A stretch of DNA of 20,000 bases from Paramecium tetraurelia. Its lineage: Eukaryota. The DNA is taken from NCBI GenBank assembly GCA_000165425.1, contig CT867986.1, positions 489,592 through 509,591 of the forward strand, read 5' to 3'. This document shows positions 1 through 12,873 of this stretch, piece after piece (within the stretch, counting starts at the first letter, position 1; the number at the start of each line of letters is the position of its first letter). The position numbers and the translations under genes were made by a program. The notes under the pieces were generated by a model. The model saw only the letters and a list, made by a program, of their open reading frames with translations, was not told the DNA's origin and did not search any database.

Positions 1-326
1 CTAATGAAGAGTTACTTTAATTAAATGAAACTTATACTATTTAGAAAAACATGTAGACAGCTGCAATATATTTAAATGACGATTACATGTAGGGTCTGCT
101 TTCGTCGCATGACTAAGATCGTCTGGTAAAGTTCAGGAGAAATGTGTCTCATTTGTAAATATTCTTTAAGCTAATGAAACAGAATTAGTATGTGGGGTAT
201 GTGGATGAGGTTGAATAATTGGCAGATCTGCTAATTCAAGGGAGGAAGTTGGATGCTAAATCTTTTATTAGGTCCTCTAGGTTTATTCTTAAAAATTACA
301 GAGAGAATTTACTAAGTGCATTTTGA
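1..326 (+). CDS. 3' end of a hypothetical protein (5'-truncated by window edge)
   Basis: The frame starting at 3 is open under the ciliate code (NEELLQLNETYTIQKNMQTAAIYLNDDYMQGLLSSHDQDRLVKFRRNVSHLQIFFKLMKQNQYVGYVDEVEQLADLLIQGRKLDAKSFIRSSRFILKNYRENLLSAF). It ends at TGA 324-326 and is followed by a 40-bp AT-rich spacer. No family recognised. Confidence 0.75.
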
Positions 327-366
327 AATATTGAATGAATGACTTGATTTTTTAATTAATTATTTT

Positions 367-3300
367 ATGAATTTCAGATAAGATCAAATTGATTATAAGG
401 ATCTGGTGCGAAGGAGAGAGGAGAAACGCCTGGTCATTGGAAAGAAGAAGAATCAATTTGCTACAAGTATCAAGCTTATTAACAACGTAGATTCACTTTC
501 AAATAATGAAGAGGTGTACAAACAGTTATATCGCTTTGATCCAGAGGTATGGAAGTTTTCAAATAAAATAGAGAGAATTATTGAGCGAGTACAGTCTAGC
601 TAAGAATGAGGAACAGCCTATCTAATAAGCAGGGCCCATAGAACAGTCACAAGAGGAGCCAATAGAGAGGTAGGAGCAAGTATTGATTGGATAATAAAAT
701 TAGGCTTAGCCAGACAATGTCACATATACAGGAATGGTGAAGGGATTATTTAAGGAGAAGGTGCAAGTATCTAAAATACAAAAAGCCAATTACATAGATG
801 CTACTGTCTTCCATTAATATTAGAAATTAATTTAAACTGGGGAAGATGCCATCAAATTTTTTGCCAAGTACGGAAACACTACTCCAATTAAATTCATTAA
901 TTGTGTGAGCAAGGCTGGATTCATTGAACTCTAATGCGAAGCTTACAATAAGAAAGACAAATTGAGACGTCAAAATAACACTGAGGGCGCTGAACTTGAG
1001 TTGCCTATGGAATTCAATAAAAGTAAAGAACCCTTCCGACCTTATGACCTGATTGTTGTCAAAACAAGGGAAAACCAAAAGGAATAGACATTAAGAGAAT
1101 ATTATACCATATCTGCCCATGGAATTGTCCATGTTTATACTGATAAAGGGAAGAAGAGAATGCAAGGTGATTCTAGCACTGAAGTCATCTCACTTTCTGA
1201 TTGGATGCATGAGAGTACTATGTTCAATATTATCACCAATATTTAATTTTTCAAAAATTATGCCATAAGTAATAACTTTATATAATTCTAGCCAAAATCT
1301 TTAATATTTGGAAATCCAACGTCAGATACAATCTATTTAGTAAGACCAGAAAAAGGTTGATACATGAATCCTTTGTAGCCAAAGCCAGCCTTTGCTCAGC
1401 ACTTGATGGACATCAATCAAATGATGTATGAGTTACAACTCCAGAAAACCCTAAGCAACAGCATTCAATAAGCCAATAAAACTTGGGAAGCTGATGATTT
1501 CTTCAAAGGAGATCAAAAGAAAGCCAGATCAAGATGCCTCTAAGCATTATGATTCTGTGATTGACAAAGTCTTATAAAAATTAGACACTGTCTGTAAAGA
1601 AGTTATTGATAGAACAAACCAAAACAATTAATAAGAAAATGAAGAAGCCAGATTTGGATAATAAGTCAAATAGAAACCTATGAATGAGGAGAGGAAGGAA
1701 AAGGAGGAAAATGCCTTACTTTTACAATTGGCAGAAAAAGACAAAGGCAGATTACATTTGTTCATCAAATTGGTCGATTATATGACAGTCGAAACACTTG
1801 TGTCTATCAATTAGACATCTATGAGCATGTTATTAGAGGAAATGAAAAAGGAACGTAAAAATGGATTGTTCAATACAGCAGTGAATTTTGATGTTTAAAT
1901 ATTCACACCTGACGAAAAAGAAATCTCAGAACATCTGAAATGCTTATTAGATGACATGATTGTGGTTATGAGAAATACTGCTAGAGTAATATCTCATTAA
2001 AGTATGATTGGATACATAAAGAACACTAAATTAGGAGAATTGCTATCTGAATAAAAAGAAAATAAGGATTGCATAGCTGATGTCCAAGGTATCATTACTG
2101 ATAGCATTGAATATTAAAATATCAAAAATGAAATATTTGAAAAAGTAACTAGTGATTTTCAAGCTGCAGAAGTCTATGTCAATACAAACTACATGAGATG
2201 TAAACCCATTTATGAATTTTTAAATACTTGGAATTAAGGAGATTTTGAAAATAAGGAACACACCCTCGATATCATTAAATCTCATGTTATGGAACTTAAA
2301 AAATGGTTGGCTGATATCAACTTTTATATTAAGGATATTGCTAAAGGAATTCTTAATGTGGATGGCAAGAAAATTAAAAACAAACTCTAACCATAGGTTG
2401 TTACCAAATTAGAGAATTTTAAGGATTACCTCTACAAATTGATGTAAAAGAAAGCCAATCAAACTTTAACTACATTATAGACATACACCTCTAATTTATC
2501 TAAGAATCCCTAAAATCTCAAAGAGTATGCTGAATTTATAGAAGCTATCCAAGAGGCTGAATAAAATATCAAAGGACTCGAAACAGCAAAAATAGAAGTT
2601 GAAGCTATGCATTCTCTATTAAAATCTAAATTTGATTTGAATCCTTTGAAGAACTCTGACATCGTTATGATGGACGACATTCAAGCTGAATATTTGAGAC
2701 TGACTTTGAAAATCAAAGAAGCTGAAGAATTATGTAAAGAAAGAAAATAAGAAATGATGAAGAAGCATGAAGCTGAATTCATTAAATTCATTACCAATAT
2801 TCAAAATACAACTTCATCAGTCAATAAAGGAAAATTAATATTAGAAGAAACATAACCTGCAGATGCATTACAATAATTAAATGAAATTAAGACCAGATCT
2901 TTAGACAGATTCAAAGAATTAGATAAGAACTATTAGCACTATGCCAAATTGATGGGATTGAGTGTTACAACAAATAAGGATTTACAAGAATTGGAAGCTA
3001 CTTATAATGATCGAAGAATGCTTTGGACTCATTCTGATAAATTCAACAAGTTATATGAAGATTTGTAAAAAAACATATTTACCACCTTGAATGTAGAAGA
3101 AATAGAAAAAGAAATGAAAAGTTATGAAATTGGAATTTTGAAGTTAAGATAAAACATTAATAATCTATCAAAGGAAGGAAGAGATAAAGTATTAGATCAA
3201 CATGCTAATAGAGTCGGTAATGTTTCATAATTTATGCCCGTTATACAAGCATTAGGAAATAAGGATCTAAGACCTAGACATTGGAAGAAAATATTTGAAG

Positions 3301-6300
3301 ATCTAGGATCTGCTTGGTAACCAGGAAAAACATTTACACTCTAAGAATTGATAGCTGATGGCGTCATGAATAAGAAGGATAAGATAGAAGAAATATCAGC
3401 CAAGGCATCAGGTGAAGCTAGTATTGAAGCACAAATTGAAGATATTAAGTCAAAGTGGTCTTAATTATCATTCATAGTCAATCATTATAGAGAAGCTAAG
3501 GATAAATTTATTATTGGTTCTTTAGATGATATTATTGCAGCATTGGATGACCATTAATTAAAAGTTTAAACAAAGTTGGGAACTAGATTTGTTGCTGAAA
3601 TTAGACCCAGTTGTTGAGGAATGGGAAAGAAAGTTAGTTCTCATTTCAGATATCATTGATGAATGGCTATCATGTCAAAGATAATGGATGTATTTAGAAA
3701 ACATTTTCAGTGCTGATGATATTTAAAAATAATTACCTTAAGAAACAACTAAATTTATGGGGGTTGATAAATTTTGGAGAGACATTATGATGAAAACATT
3801 CAAAAGACCATTAGTATAAGATTGTTGTAATTCTGAAGAATTATTAAAGAAGTTTTAGATTAATAATAAAATACTGGAAGATATTTAAAAAAGCTTAGAT
3901 AATTACCTAGAAACAAAGAGATAAGCCTTTCCAAGATTTTACTTTTTGTCAAATGATGAGTTATTGGAAATTTTATCATAAACTCGTAATCCTCATGCAG
4001 TTTAAGCTCATTTAAGAAAGTGTTTTGATAACATAAATAGAATAAAATTCTCTGATATTGAAGATTCAACTGAAATTATTGCAATGTAATCAGCAGAACC
4101 AGAGACAATGCCTGAATTAGTTCCATTTTCAACAATAGTTATGGCTTAAGGTCCAGTAGAACATTGGCTATTGAGAATTCAAAATATGATGGTTAAATCA
4201 TTATATGATATTACTAAGAAGGCATATTTAGCATATCCATAAAAGGAATTAGAGAGAGATGAGTGGTTATTCGACTACCCAGCATAACCAGTTTTGACAG
4301 TTGATTTGATAAAATGGACAGAAGGATGTACAACAGCAATTGAGAGAATGGGCATGGGTAGAAAGACATCATTATCATAATATTACGATTTTATGGTCTA
4401 ATTATTGAATAGGGAAGTATCAATTGTGAGAGGAGATCTGAATACTCTTCAAAGAACATTGATGGGTGCTTTGATTGTGTTGGATGTACATGCTAGAGAT
4501 GTTGTTGCAACTATGGTTGATAAGAATGTAGCATCTTTGAATGATTTTGAATGGGCTAAACAATTGAGATATTATTGGGAGGCAGATGTAGACAATTGTG
4601 TAGTCAGATAAACCAATACAAGATTCATTTATGGTTATGAATACTTGGGTAATGGACCAAGATTAGTTATTACTCCACTTACTGATAAATGTTATATGAC
4701 ATTGACCGGAGCATTACATTTAAATTTTGGAGGTGCTCCTGCAGGACCTGCTGGTACTGGTAAAACTGAGACAACCAAGGATTTGGCTAAAGCATTAGCT
4801 GTTCAATGTGTGGTGTTTAATTGTTCTGATGGTTTGGATTTCAAAACTATGGGTAGATTCTTTTCAGGATTAGCATAATGTGGAGCTTGGGCATGTTTCG
4901 ATGAATTTAATCGTATAGACATTGAAGTCTTGTCAGTCATAGCCTAATAAATATTGACTATATAATAGGCTATTAGGTAGAAAGTGGATCAATTTGATTT
5001 TGAATCTCGTACAATTCCTTTGAATAGAAGATTTGGAGTATTTATTACAATGAATCCAGGATATGCAGGTAGAACTGAATTACCAGATAATCTTAAAGCT
5101 TTATTCAGACCAGTAGCTATGATGATTCCCGATTATGCTATGATTGCAGAAATCATTCTATTTTCAGAAGGATTTGAAGGTGGTAGAATATTAGCTCGTA
5201 AGATGGTTAATTTATATTCATTATCATCTGAACAATTAAGTAAACAAGATCATTATGATTTTGGTATGAGAGCAGTCAAATCAGTATTGGTTATGGCAGG
5301 TGCCTTACGTAGAAAGAATGCAAATAAACCTGAGAATGAAGTGCTTATCAAAGCAATGAAGGATAGCAATGTACCAAAGTTTCTTGAGCATGATCTACCA
5401 TTATTCAATGGAATCATCAAAGATTTATTCCCAGAAGTGGATATGAAAGAAGAAATCGATAAATAATTAGTTGATGCTATTACAAATTAACTCAAATTAA
5501 TTCACTATGATGATCCAGCTGCATATAAAAAGAAGATCTGCTAATTGATGGAAACCATTTAAGTGAGACACGGAGTCATGGTTGTTGGTCTAACTGGTAC
5601 TGGTAAGACTACATTAATACATACTCTTGCAAGAGCTATGGAATAATTAAACAAAGAAGGATCTTAAGATTATTATCATAAAGTTGTGTAAAAGTAAACA
5701 TTGAATCCAAAATCAGTTACAATGAATGAATTGTTTGGTTATACTAATGTGTTAACAAATGAATGGACAGATGGTATTGTTGCTAGTATAGTAAGAACTG
5801 CAGTTACAGATACAACTGATCAGAAGAAGTGGATCATTTTCGATGGTCCTGTAGATGCACTTTGGATTGAAAATATGAATACAGTGTTGGATGATAATAA
5901 GATGTTATGTTTAAACAATGGTCAGAGAATTAAGTTGCCTGCAACATTCACTATGATGTTTGAAGTATAAGATTTGGCAGTTGCATCTCCAGCTACAGTA
6001 AGTAGATGTGGTATGGTTTATATGGAACCACATCATCTAGGATGGGAACCATTAGTAAAGACTTGGGGAGTCTAATTGAGAGAATAATATATGAAAGACG
6101 ATAAGGTTCCAACATATGTAGATACTCTAATTGATAAGATTGAGCATTTCTTTAAAGATAACTTGAAGGTTGTGAGAGAAGAATTCAAAGAGAAAATTCC
6201 AACTACTGTTAACAATATCTTGAAATCACTACTAAATTTGGCTTAAATCAATCTTAAATTATTGACTGATACAGTTGTTCTAGAGAAGTTGAACAAATTT

Positions 6301-9300
6301 GATATGGAATCTCATATTGCAATGGTATTGATTTTCAGTTACATCTGGAGTGCTGGAGCAAATCTACATGATTCTAGTAGATCTTAATTTAGTTAGTATT
6401 TGAAAGGAAAGATCATTTCACTATTCAGTGGATTCCCATTTGAAGGAGATGTCTATGATTACTATTGTGATTACAAAACTAAGGAATTTAAACCTTGGAC
6501 TGAGAAAATCTCAGAGTTTAAATATGATTCAAGCATACCTTATTTCAATATCCTTGTACCAACAAGTGACACAGTCAAATTCAAATATTTGATCACTCAA
6601 TTGATTGAAGGAGGATTCAATATTCTTCTATCAGGAGAAACTGGTACTGGAAAAACTGTTATTATAAATGAATACTTGTATAGTTTAGAATCAGAAAGGT
6701 TTGTGTTCTCTACACTGAACTTCTCTGCATAAACTAGTGCCAAGAACTTATAAGATCTATTTATGGATAAAGATAAGTTCATGAAAAAGAAGAAAGATCT
6801 GTTAGGTCCACCAGCTGGTCGTAAAATGATCCTCTTTATTGATGATGTTAACATGCCTGCATTGGAAAAGTATGGTGCACAACCACCAAATGAATTGTTT
6901 AGATAAATCATCGATTAAGGTGGATTCTATGATCTCAAGAAGTTGTACTTCATGTATGTTAAGGATTGTCAATTCATTACAGCCTGTGCACCTCCTGGAG
7001 GTGGACGTAACCCTGTTACTCCTCGTCTATTCAGGCATTTCAACCAAACCTGGTGTCCTGATCTCTCTTAAAGTTTCCTGGAAGTCATTTTCACTGCTAT
7101 TCTTAAAGGATTTCTTATGGAATAAAATAAAGGATTGGACAAATTTGCATCTTACATTGTCAAATCAAGTGTCGAAATCTACTTTAAAATTACCAAGGAG
7201 TTGTTACCTACTCCAACCAAGTCTCATTATACTTTCAACTTGAGAGATCTCAGCAAAGTTATCTAAGGAATTTTATAAATTAGATATGAAAACTTAACTA
7301 ATAAGGAAATGCTCATTTAATTGTGGACACATGAATCACAAAGGGTATTCTAAGATAGATTGGTTGATGACAAAGATAGAGATTGGTTTTTGACTCTTTT
7401 ATTGGGACACACTCAGAGAGTCTTTGAATTTGAATGGGAAAAACCTCAAGTTTAGAATCTACTCTTTGGTGATTATAGCAACGCTAATAAGGATTATATT
7501 AGAATTGATAATCCATAAGAATTGCCACGTAAATTCTAAGACATCTTAAATATGTATAATGCATCTCAAAAGCAAATGAATCTTGTGTTTTTCACTGATG
7601 CCATCATGCATCTTAGTAGATTATGCAGAATTCTGAGATAACCTAGAGGAAATGCACTTCTGATTGGTGTTGGTGGTTCAGGAAGACAATCACTGACCAA
7701 ATTATCTGCTTAAACAAGAGGGTAAACTGTATTTAGCATAGAAATCACCAAGAATTATAGAGAGCAATCATGGAAGGACGATCTTAAGAAACTATTAAAA
7801 TAAGCAGGAGCTAAGGACTAACCTGTAGTATTCTTGTTCTCTGATACTTAAGTTGTTAGAGAATCATTTTTAGAAGATATCAACAACGTTCTTAATACTG
7901 GTGAAGTACCTAATTTATGGGCATCTGAAGACATTGAAGAAATTATCAATGATGTCAGGCCATTGGCAAAGGAATAGGGATTATACGATTCCAGAGATGT
8001 TTTGCTTAAATTCTTTGTAAGTAGAGTAAGAGAGAATTTGCATATTGTCTTAGCATTCTCACCTGTCGGAGAAAAGTTGAGAAACAGATGCAGATAGTTC
8101 CCTTCAATTATTAATTGTTGTACCATTGATTGGTTTGATAAATGGCCAGATGAGGCACTTAATAGTGTTGCAATGAAAGATTTGGGAGGTTAGGAACATT
8201 TGGGTATTGGAGATTTTGTAGACAGTTTGGCTAGCATGTCTGTCATCATCCATTCAGACGTGAAAACATATAGTGAAAGATTTTATGATGAATTAAGAAG
8301 AAAGAACTATGTTACACCTACAAGTTATTTGGAATTATTGAAATTGTACATTGACATGATGAAGGTGTAATCTAATATATTACCTTAAAAAATAAAGAAA
8401 TATACTGTTGGTTTATAAACTTTGAAAGACACTAATGAGGAAGTTGGAAAGCTGCAAAAGAAAATTATTGAATTTTAACCTATTCTTGAGCAAAGTGCAA
8501 AAGATAATGCCAAAATGATGATTGAATTAGAAGGCAAATCAAAAGAAGCTAATGTGACTGAGTAAATTGTATCAAAAGAGGCAGCTGAGGCATAGAAGAA
8601 AAAGGATGAAGTTAATGAAATGAGAGATTCCTGCTAAGCTGAATTAGATTAAGCATTGCCTATCTTAGAATAGGCTTAAAAAGCAGTTTAGAGTATTGAT
8701 AAAGCGGCTATTAATGAAATGAAAGCCTTAAAAACTCCACCAAATCTAGTGTAAATTGTCATGTGTGCAGTCAACTTACTTTTTGGAGAAAAAGAAGACT
8801 GGCCAACTGCGTAAAAACTTCTAGGCCGTATGACATTTATTCAAGATTTACTTGAATTTGATGTAACAACAGTTCAAGAGAGAAGACTACAGAAGTTGAA
8901 GTAAACTTATCTAAGCAATCCTGATTTCACTAGAGAAAAGATTTTGAATGTGTCATAAGCAGCTACAACTTTGTTAGTATGGGTAGTTGCAACTGAAAAG
9001 TTTGCTTAAGTTAAAAAGGTAGTTGGTCCTAAGGAGAAGGCATTAAAGGAAGCTGAAGCATCTTTGAAGAAGGTTGAATAAGAATTGGCAGTAAAGATGG
9101 GATAATTGAAGGAAGTGTAAGATATGGTTAACGAACTCAAGAGAAATCTTTAGACTTCTATTAATAAATCAGAAATGTTGAGATAACAGCAATAGACAGC
9201 TGAGATCTAATTAGTAAGAGCAGAGAAGTTAGTCTCAGGATTAGCTAGTGAGGCTGAGAGATGGAAAGTTAATGCAGCGCTGTTAGAAGAAGATTTAAGG

Positions 9301-12300
9301 AATTTAGTTGGTAATATTATGTTAGCTGCTGGTTCAATAGCATATCTAGGACCATTTACTTACAATTATAGATCTGAAATTATAGCTAAATGGATCAACA
9401 ATTGTAAGGAGTTGAGTATTCCTGTGAGTGACAATTTCACTCTCTAGAGAATTTTAGCAGAAGAAGTAACTATAAGAGAATGGCAAGAAGCTGGATTACC
9501 TGCAGATAATCTATCAATTGACAATGGAATCTTTGTTTTCAACTGCAGGAGGTGGCCCTTAATTATCGATCCATAAGGTCAAGCTAATAAATGGATTAAA
9601 GCACTAGGAAAGGAAACTAATTTACAAATTACAAAATTAAGCGAAAGTAATTTCTTGAAGACTCTTGAAAACTCTATTCGTTTTGGATAATAAGTGTTAA
9701 TGGAAAATGTTGAGGAAGAACTAGATCCATCTTTAGAACCTATATTATAAAAATAAACCTTCAAAAAAGGAGCTGTGTTTCTATTACGTTTAGGTGACTA
9801 GGATATTCCATACAACAATGACTTCAAATTATATTTTACTACCAAACTACCAAATCCTCATTACATACCTGAAATCAGTATTAAAACTACTATCATCAAC
9901 TTTACAGTCACACCTTAAGGTTTAGAAGACTAATTGTTGGTTGAAGTGGTGCGATAAGAAAGAATCGATTTGGAAGAGAAAAGAGTTAATTTGATTCTTT
10001 AAATATCCTAAGATAAGAGATAATTACAAGAATTGGAAGATAAGATATTGAAGTTGATATCTGAGGCATAGGGTAGAATATTGGAAGAAGAAGATTTGAT
10101 TACAACCTTGGATGCATCTAAAATTACATCTGATACAGTCAATTAACGTATGGCTTAGTCTAAGATTACTGCTGAGGAAATCAATTAAGCAAGAGAACAA
10201 TATCGTATTATTGCTAGAAGAGGATCAGTCATTTACTTTGTGATTGCAGATCTTGCTTTGATTGATCCTATGTATCAATATTCTTTAGAGTTCTTTATTA
10301 AATTATTTAAAAAGAGACTAGAAGTAGCACCCAATCCTCCATCATTAGAAGAAAGATTGGCAATACTGATTGACGATATTACGAAAGCATTTTATATCAA
10401 TATTTGTAGAGGATTGTTTGAAAAAGATAAATTGTTGTTTAGTTTTTTGATTGCTAGTAAAATCTAATTGTAAGCTCAATACATACATGCTAGAGAATGG
10501 AACATCTTTTTAAGAGGAGGCACTGGCACAGTACCTCATGAAGAACACCCTTCATTTTTAAATGAGAAATCATGGAAGAATTGTATGATGTTAAGTAAAC
10601 AATCTCATGTCTTTGCATAATGTGCCAATGTCCTTAAGGGATAGTAATGATGAATAATTATGGAGAGAAGTAATGGATGTTTAAGATCCATGGAAATGTG
10701 ATTTACCCCTTGTGTTCCGTTCATTGGATCCATTTTAGAAGTTACTATTATTCAAAACACTTAGAGATGAAAAATTGGTTATCTTAATTAAAAATTATGT
10801 GTCAGACACCTTAACATCATTCTTTATTGAACCACCTGTCTTCAATTTGAGAGGGGCCTTCTAAGATTCATCTTGCACTACTCCAATTATATTCGTATTA
10901 TCTCCAGGTGCTGATCCAATTACATATTTATTGAACTTGGCTAAAGATATGGAAATGGAAACTAAATTAAAAATCATCTCATTGGGACAAGGATAAGGTA
11001 ATATTGCAAAGGAGTTGATTAAGACAGGTAGAAGAACAGGAGATTGGGTATGTTTGTAGAATTGTCACTTGGCTATTACTTGGATGCCAGAATTAGAGAG
11101 AATTTAAGAATTGCAAGTAGAGGCAGACACTGATGCCAATTATAGATTATGGTTAACCAGTATGCCTACTGATAAATTCCCTGTTCCTGTGTTACAGAGT
11201 GGTATCAAATTAACAAACGAACCACCCAAAGGATTAAAAGCCAATATGATGAGAACTTATAATGATCTATCTGGATATGATTCTTGCACTAAGTAGGATG
11301 AATATAAGAAACTCTTATTCTCCTTAGCTTTCTTCCATGCAGTTATTTTGGAAAGGAGAAAGTTTGGACCCATTGGTTGGAATATTCCATATGAATGGAT
11401 GAATTCAGATTTTGAAACTTGTTAATTACAATTGAAGATGTATTTGGATGAATAGCCAGAAGTACCATATCAAACACTTAATTATATAATCTCAGAAATC
11501 AATTATGGTGGCAGAGTTACAGATGATAAGGATGTTAGATTGATTACTGATCTACTCAAATAGTATTTCTGTCCAGCCATTCTGAATGATCCAAACTATA
11601 TATTCTCATCTAGTGGTGTTTATCATCCTCCTTAGATTGTAGATTTGCAATCAGTTATTTAATATATTAGTTCATTGCCTTTGGAAGATGATCCAGAAGT
11701 ATTTGGATTACATGCCAATGCAAATATTACATTCTAATAAAAAACAGTGGCTGAATTTATGAGTACCTTACTATCAGTGCAACCGAGAATGGTAGCAGAA
11801 AAGGGAGTAGAAGAAACACCTGATTAAATTGTGTTTAAAGTAGCCAAAGAGATATTAGGAAAATTGCCTCCAGTTCTAGTTTAGAAGAAAGAAGTGGCCA
11901 TTGAATCATTGGCTATTTTTAGATCATAAGAAGTCGACCGTTTCATTAAATTGGTCCGAGTTATGAAAAACTCATTGGAATTATTACAGAAGGCTATTCA
12001 AGGATTAGTTGTTATGTCTATTGAATTAGAAAAAATGTTCAATTCCTTCTTGGATGCTAAGGTTCCTGAAAATTGGGAGAATGTGGCCTATCCATCTCTA
12101 AAACCTTTAGGATCCTGGGTTACGGATCTCAACTAAAGACTGGTATTTATCAATATATTATACTTTTAGGACTTCTTTAAGTAGTGGCTCGAAAATGGAA
12201 CTATGAAATCGTATTGGTTGTCAGCTATGTTCTTCCCTCAAGGATTCATGACTGCCACTAAATAGACTTATGCTCGTAAAACCAAGACTCCTATTGATAC

Positions 12301-12734
12301 TTTGACCTTCAGAACTTAGGTTAGACCGTTCTACAGGGATAATATTTAGGATGTTCCTTAAGATGGTATTTAATTATCTCATATATTTAGGTGTCAACAT
12401 TGATGGTCTCTATCTACAAGGATGCAAATGGGATGTAGGAACTAATCAATTGGAGGAATCTGATCCTTTAGTTTTGTTTCAAGAAATGCCAGTTATTTGG
12501 TAATAATTTAAATTCTATTAGAATAGGCTTGAACCTGTAATAGCATCAACTTAGAATCAAAATGCTTAGAAATTCTACAAATGTCCTCTTTACAAGACTT
12601 CCACTAGAAGGGGAACACTATCAACAACAGGTCATTCAACCAACTTTGTTTTATATTTGGAACTAATTACTGGTGTGGAACCAGCTGTTTGGACTAGACG
12701 TGGAGTTGCACTATTATGTCAACTTGATGATTGA
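367..12734 (+). CDS. Axonemal dynein heavy chain, single-headed inner-arm type (DNAH6-like), ~4,070 aa; 6 tiny introns and 4 apparent +1 frame breaks
   Basis: ATG 367 ([20 protein letters not shown]). N-terminal tail has [17 protein letters not shown] and LSDWMHE; linker has LRPRHW and [12 protein letters not shown]-loops: AAA1 GPAGTGKT (4744-4767) followed by [23 protein letters not shown]2 GLTGTGKT (5587-5610), AAA3 GETGTGKT (6634-6657), AAA4 GVGGSGRQS (7666-7692). Stalk coiled coil/MTBD ~8330-9320; [17 protein letters not shown] (AAA5); WVCLQNCHL (AAA6); C-terminus [23 protein letters not shown]...[15 protein letters not shown] (12732-12734). Introns: 547-571, 680-703, 1269-1291, 12143-12169, 12366-12390, 12500-12526. 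Frame breaks near 1381, 1505-1532, 3606 and 10621. The dynein call is very secure; the DNAH6 subclass comes from recalled motif similarity. Confidence 0.97.
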
Positions 12735-12873
12735 TTTTCATTTATCAATAATTATAAAATTTAACTTGAAAATGTGTTACATAAAATGTGGTTAAAAAGA
12801 AGCATTTCACTAAGAAATTTGATACTTAATTTGTTTGTTTTTATGTAAAACATAAATTTTATTTTGTTTGTAA

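Noticed and set aside
6839..7243. 134-aa + strand ORF in an alternative frame inside the dynein gene
   Set aside because: It overlaps the conserved AAA3 region in a shifted frame and has no recognisable motif; it is a by-product of codon bias.
367..12734. Dynein as a heavily decayed pseudogene because of the many in-frame TAA/TAG codons
   Set aside because: These codons fall at Gln positions and occur equally in RPS16 and all other genes; they are code reassignment, not decay.
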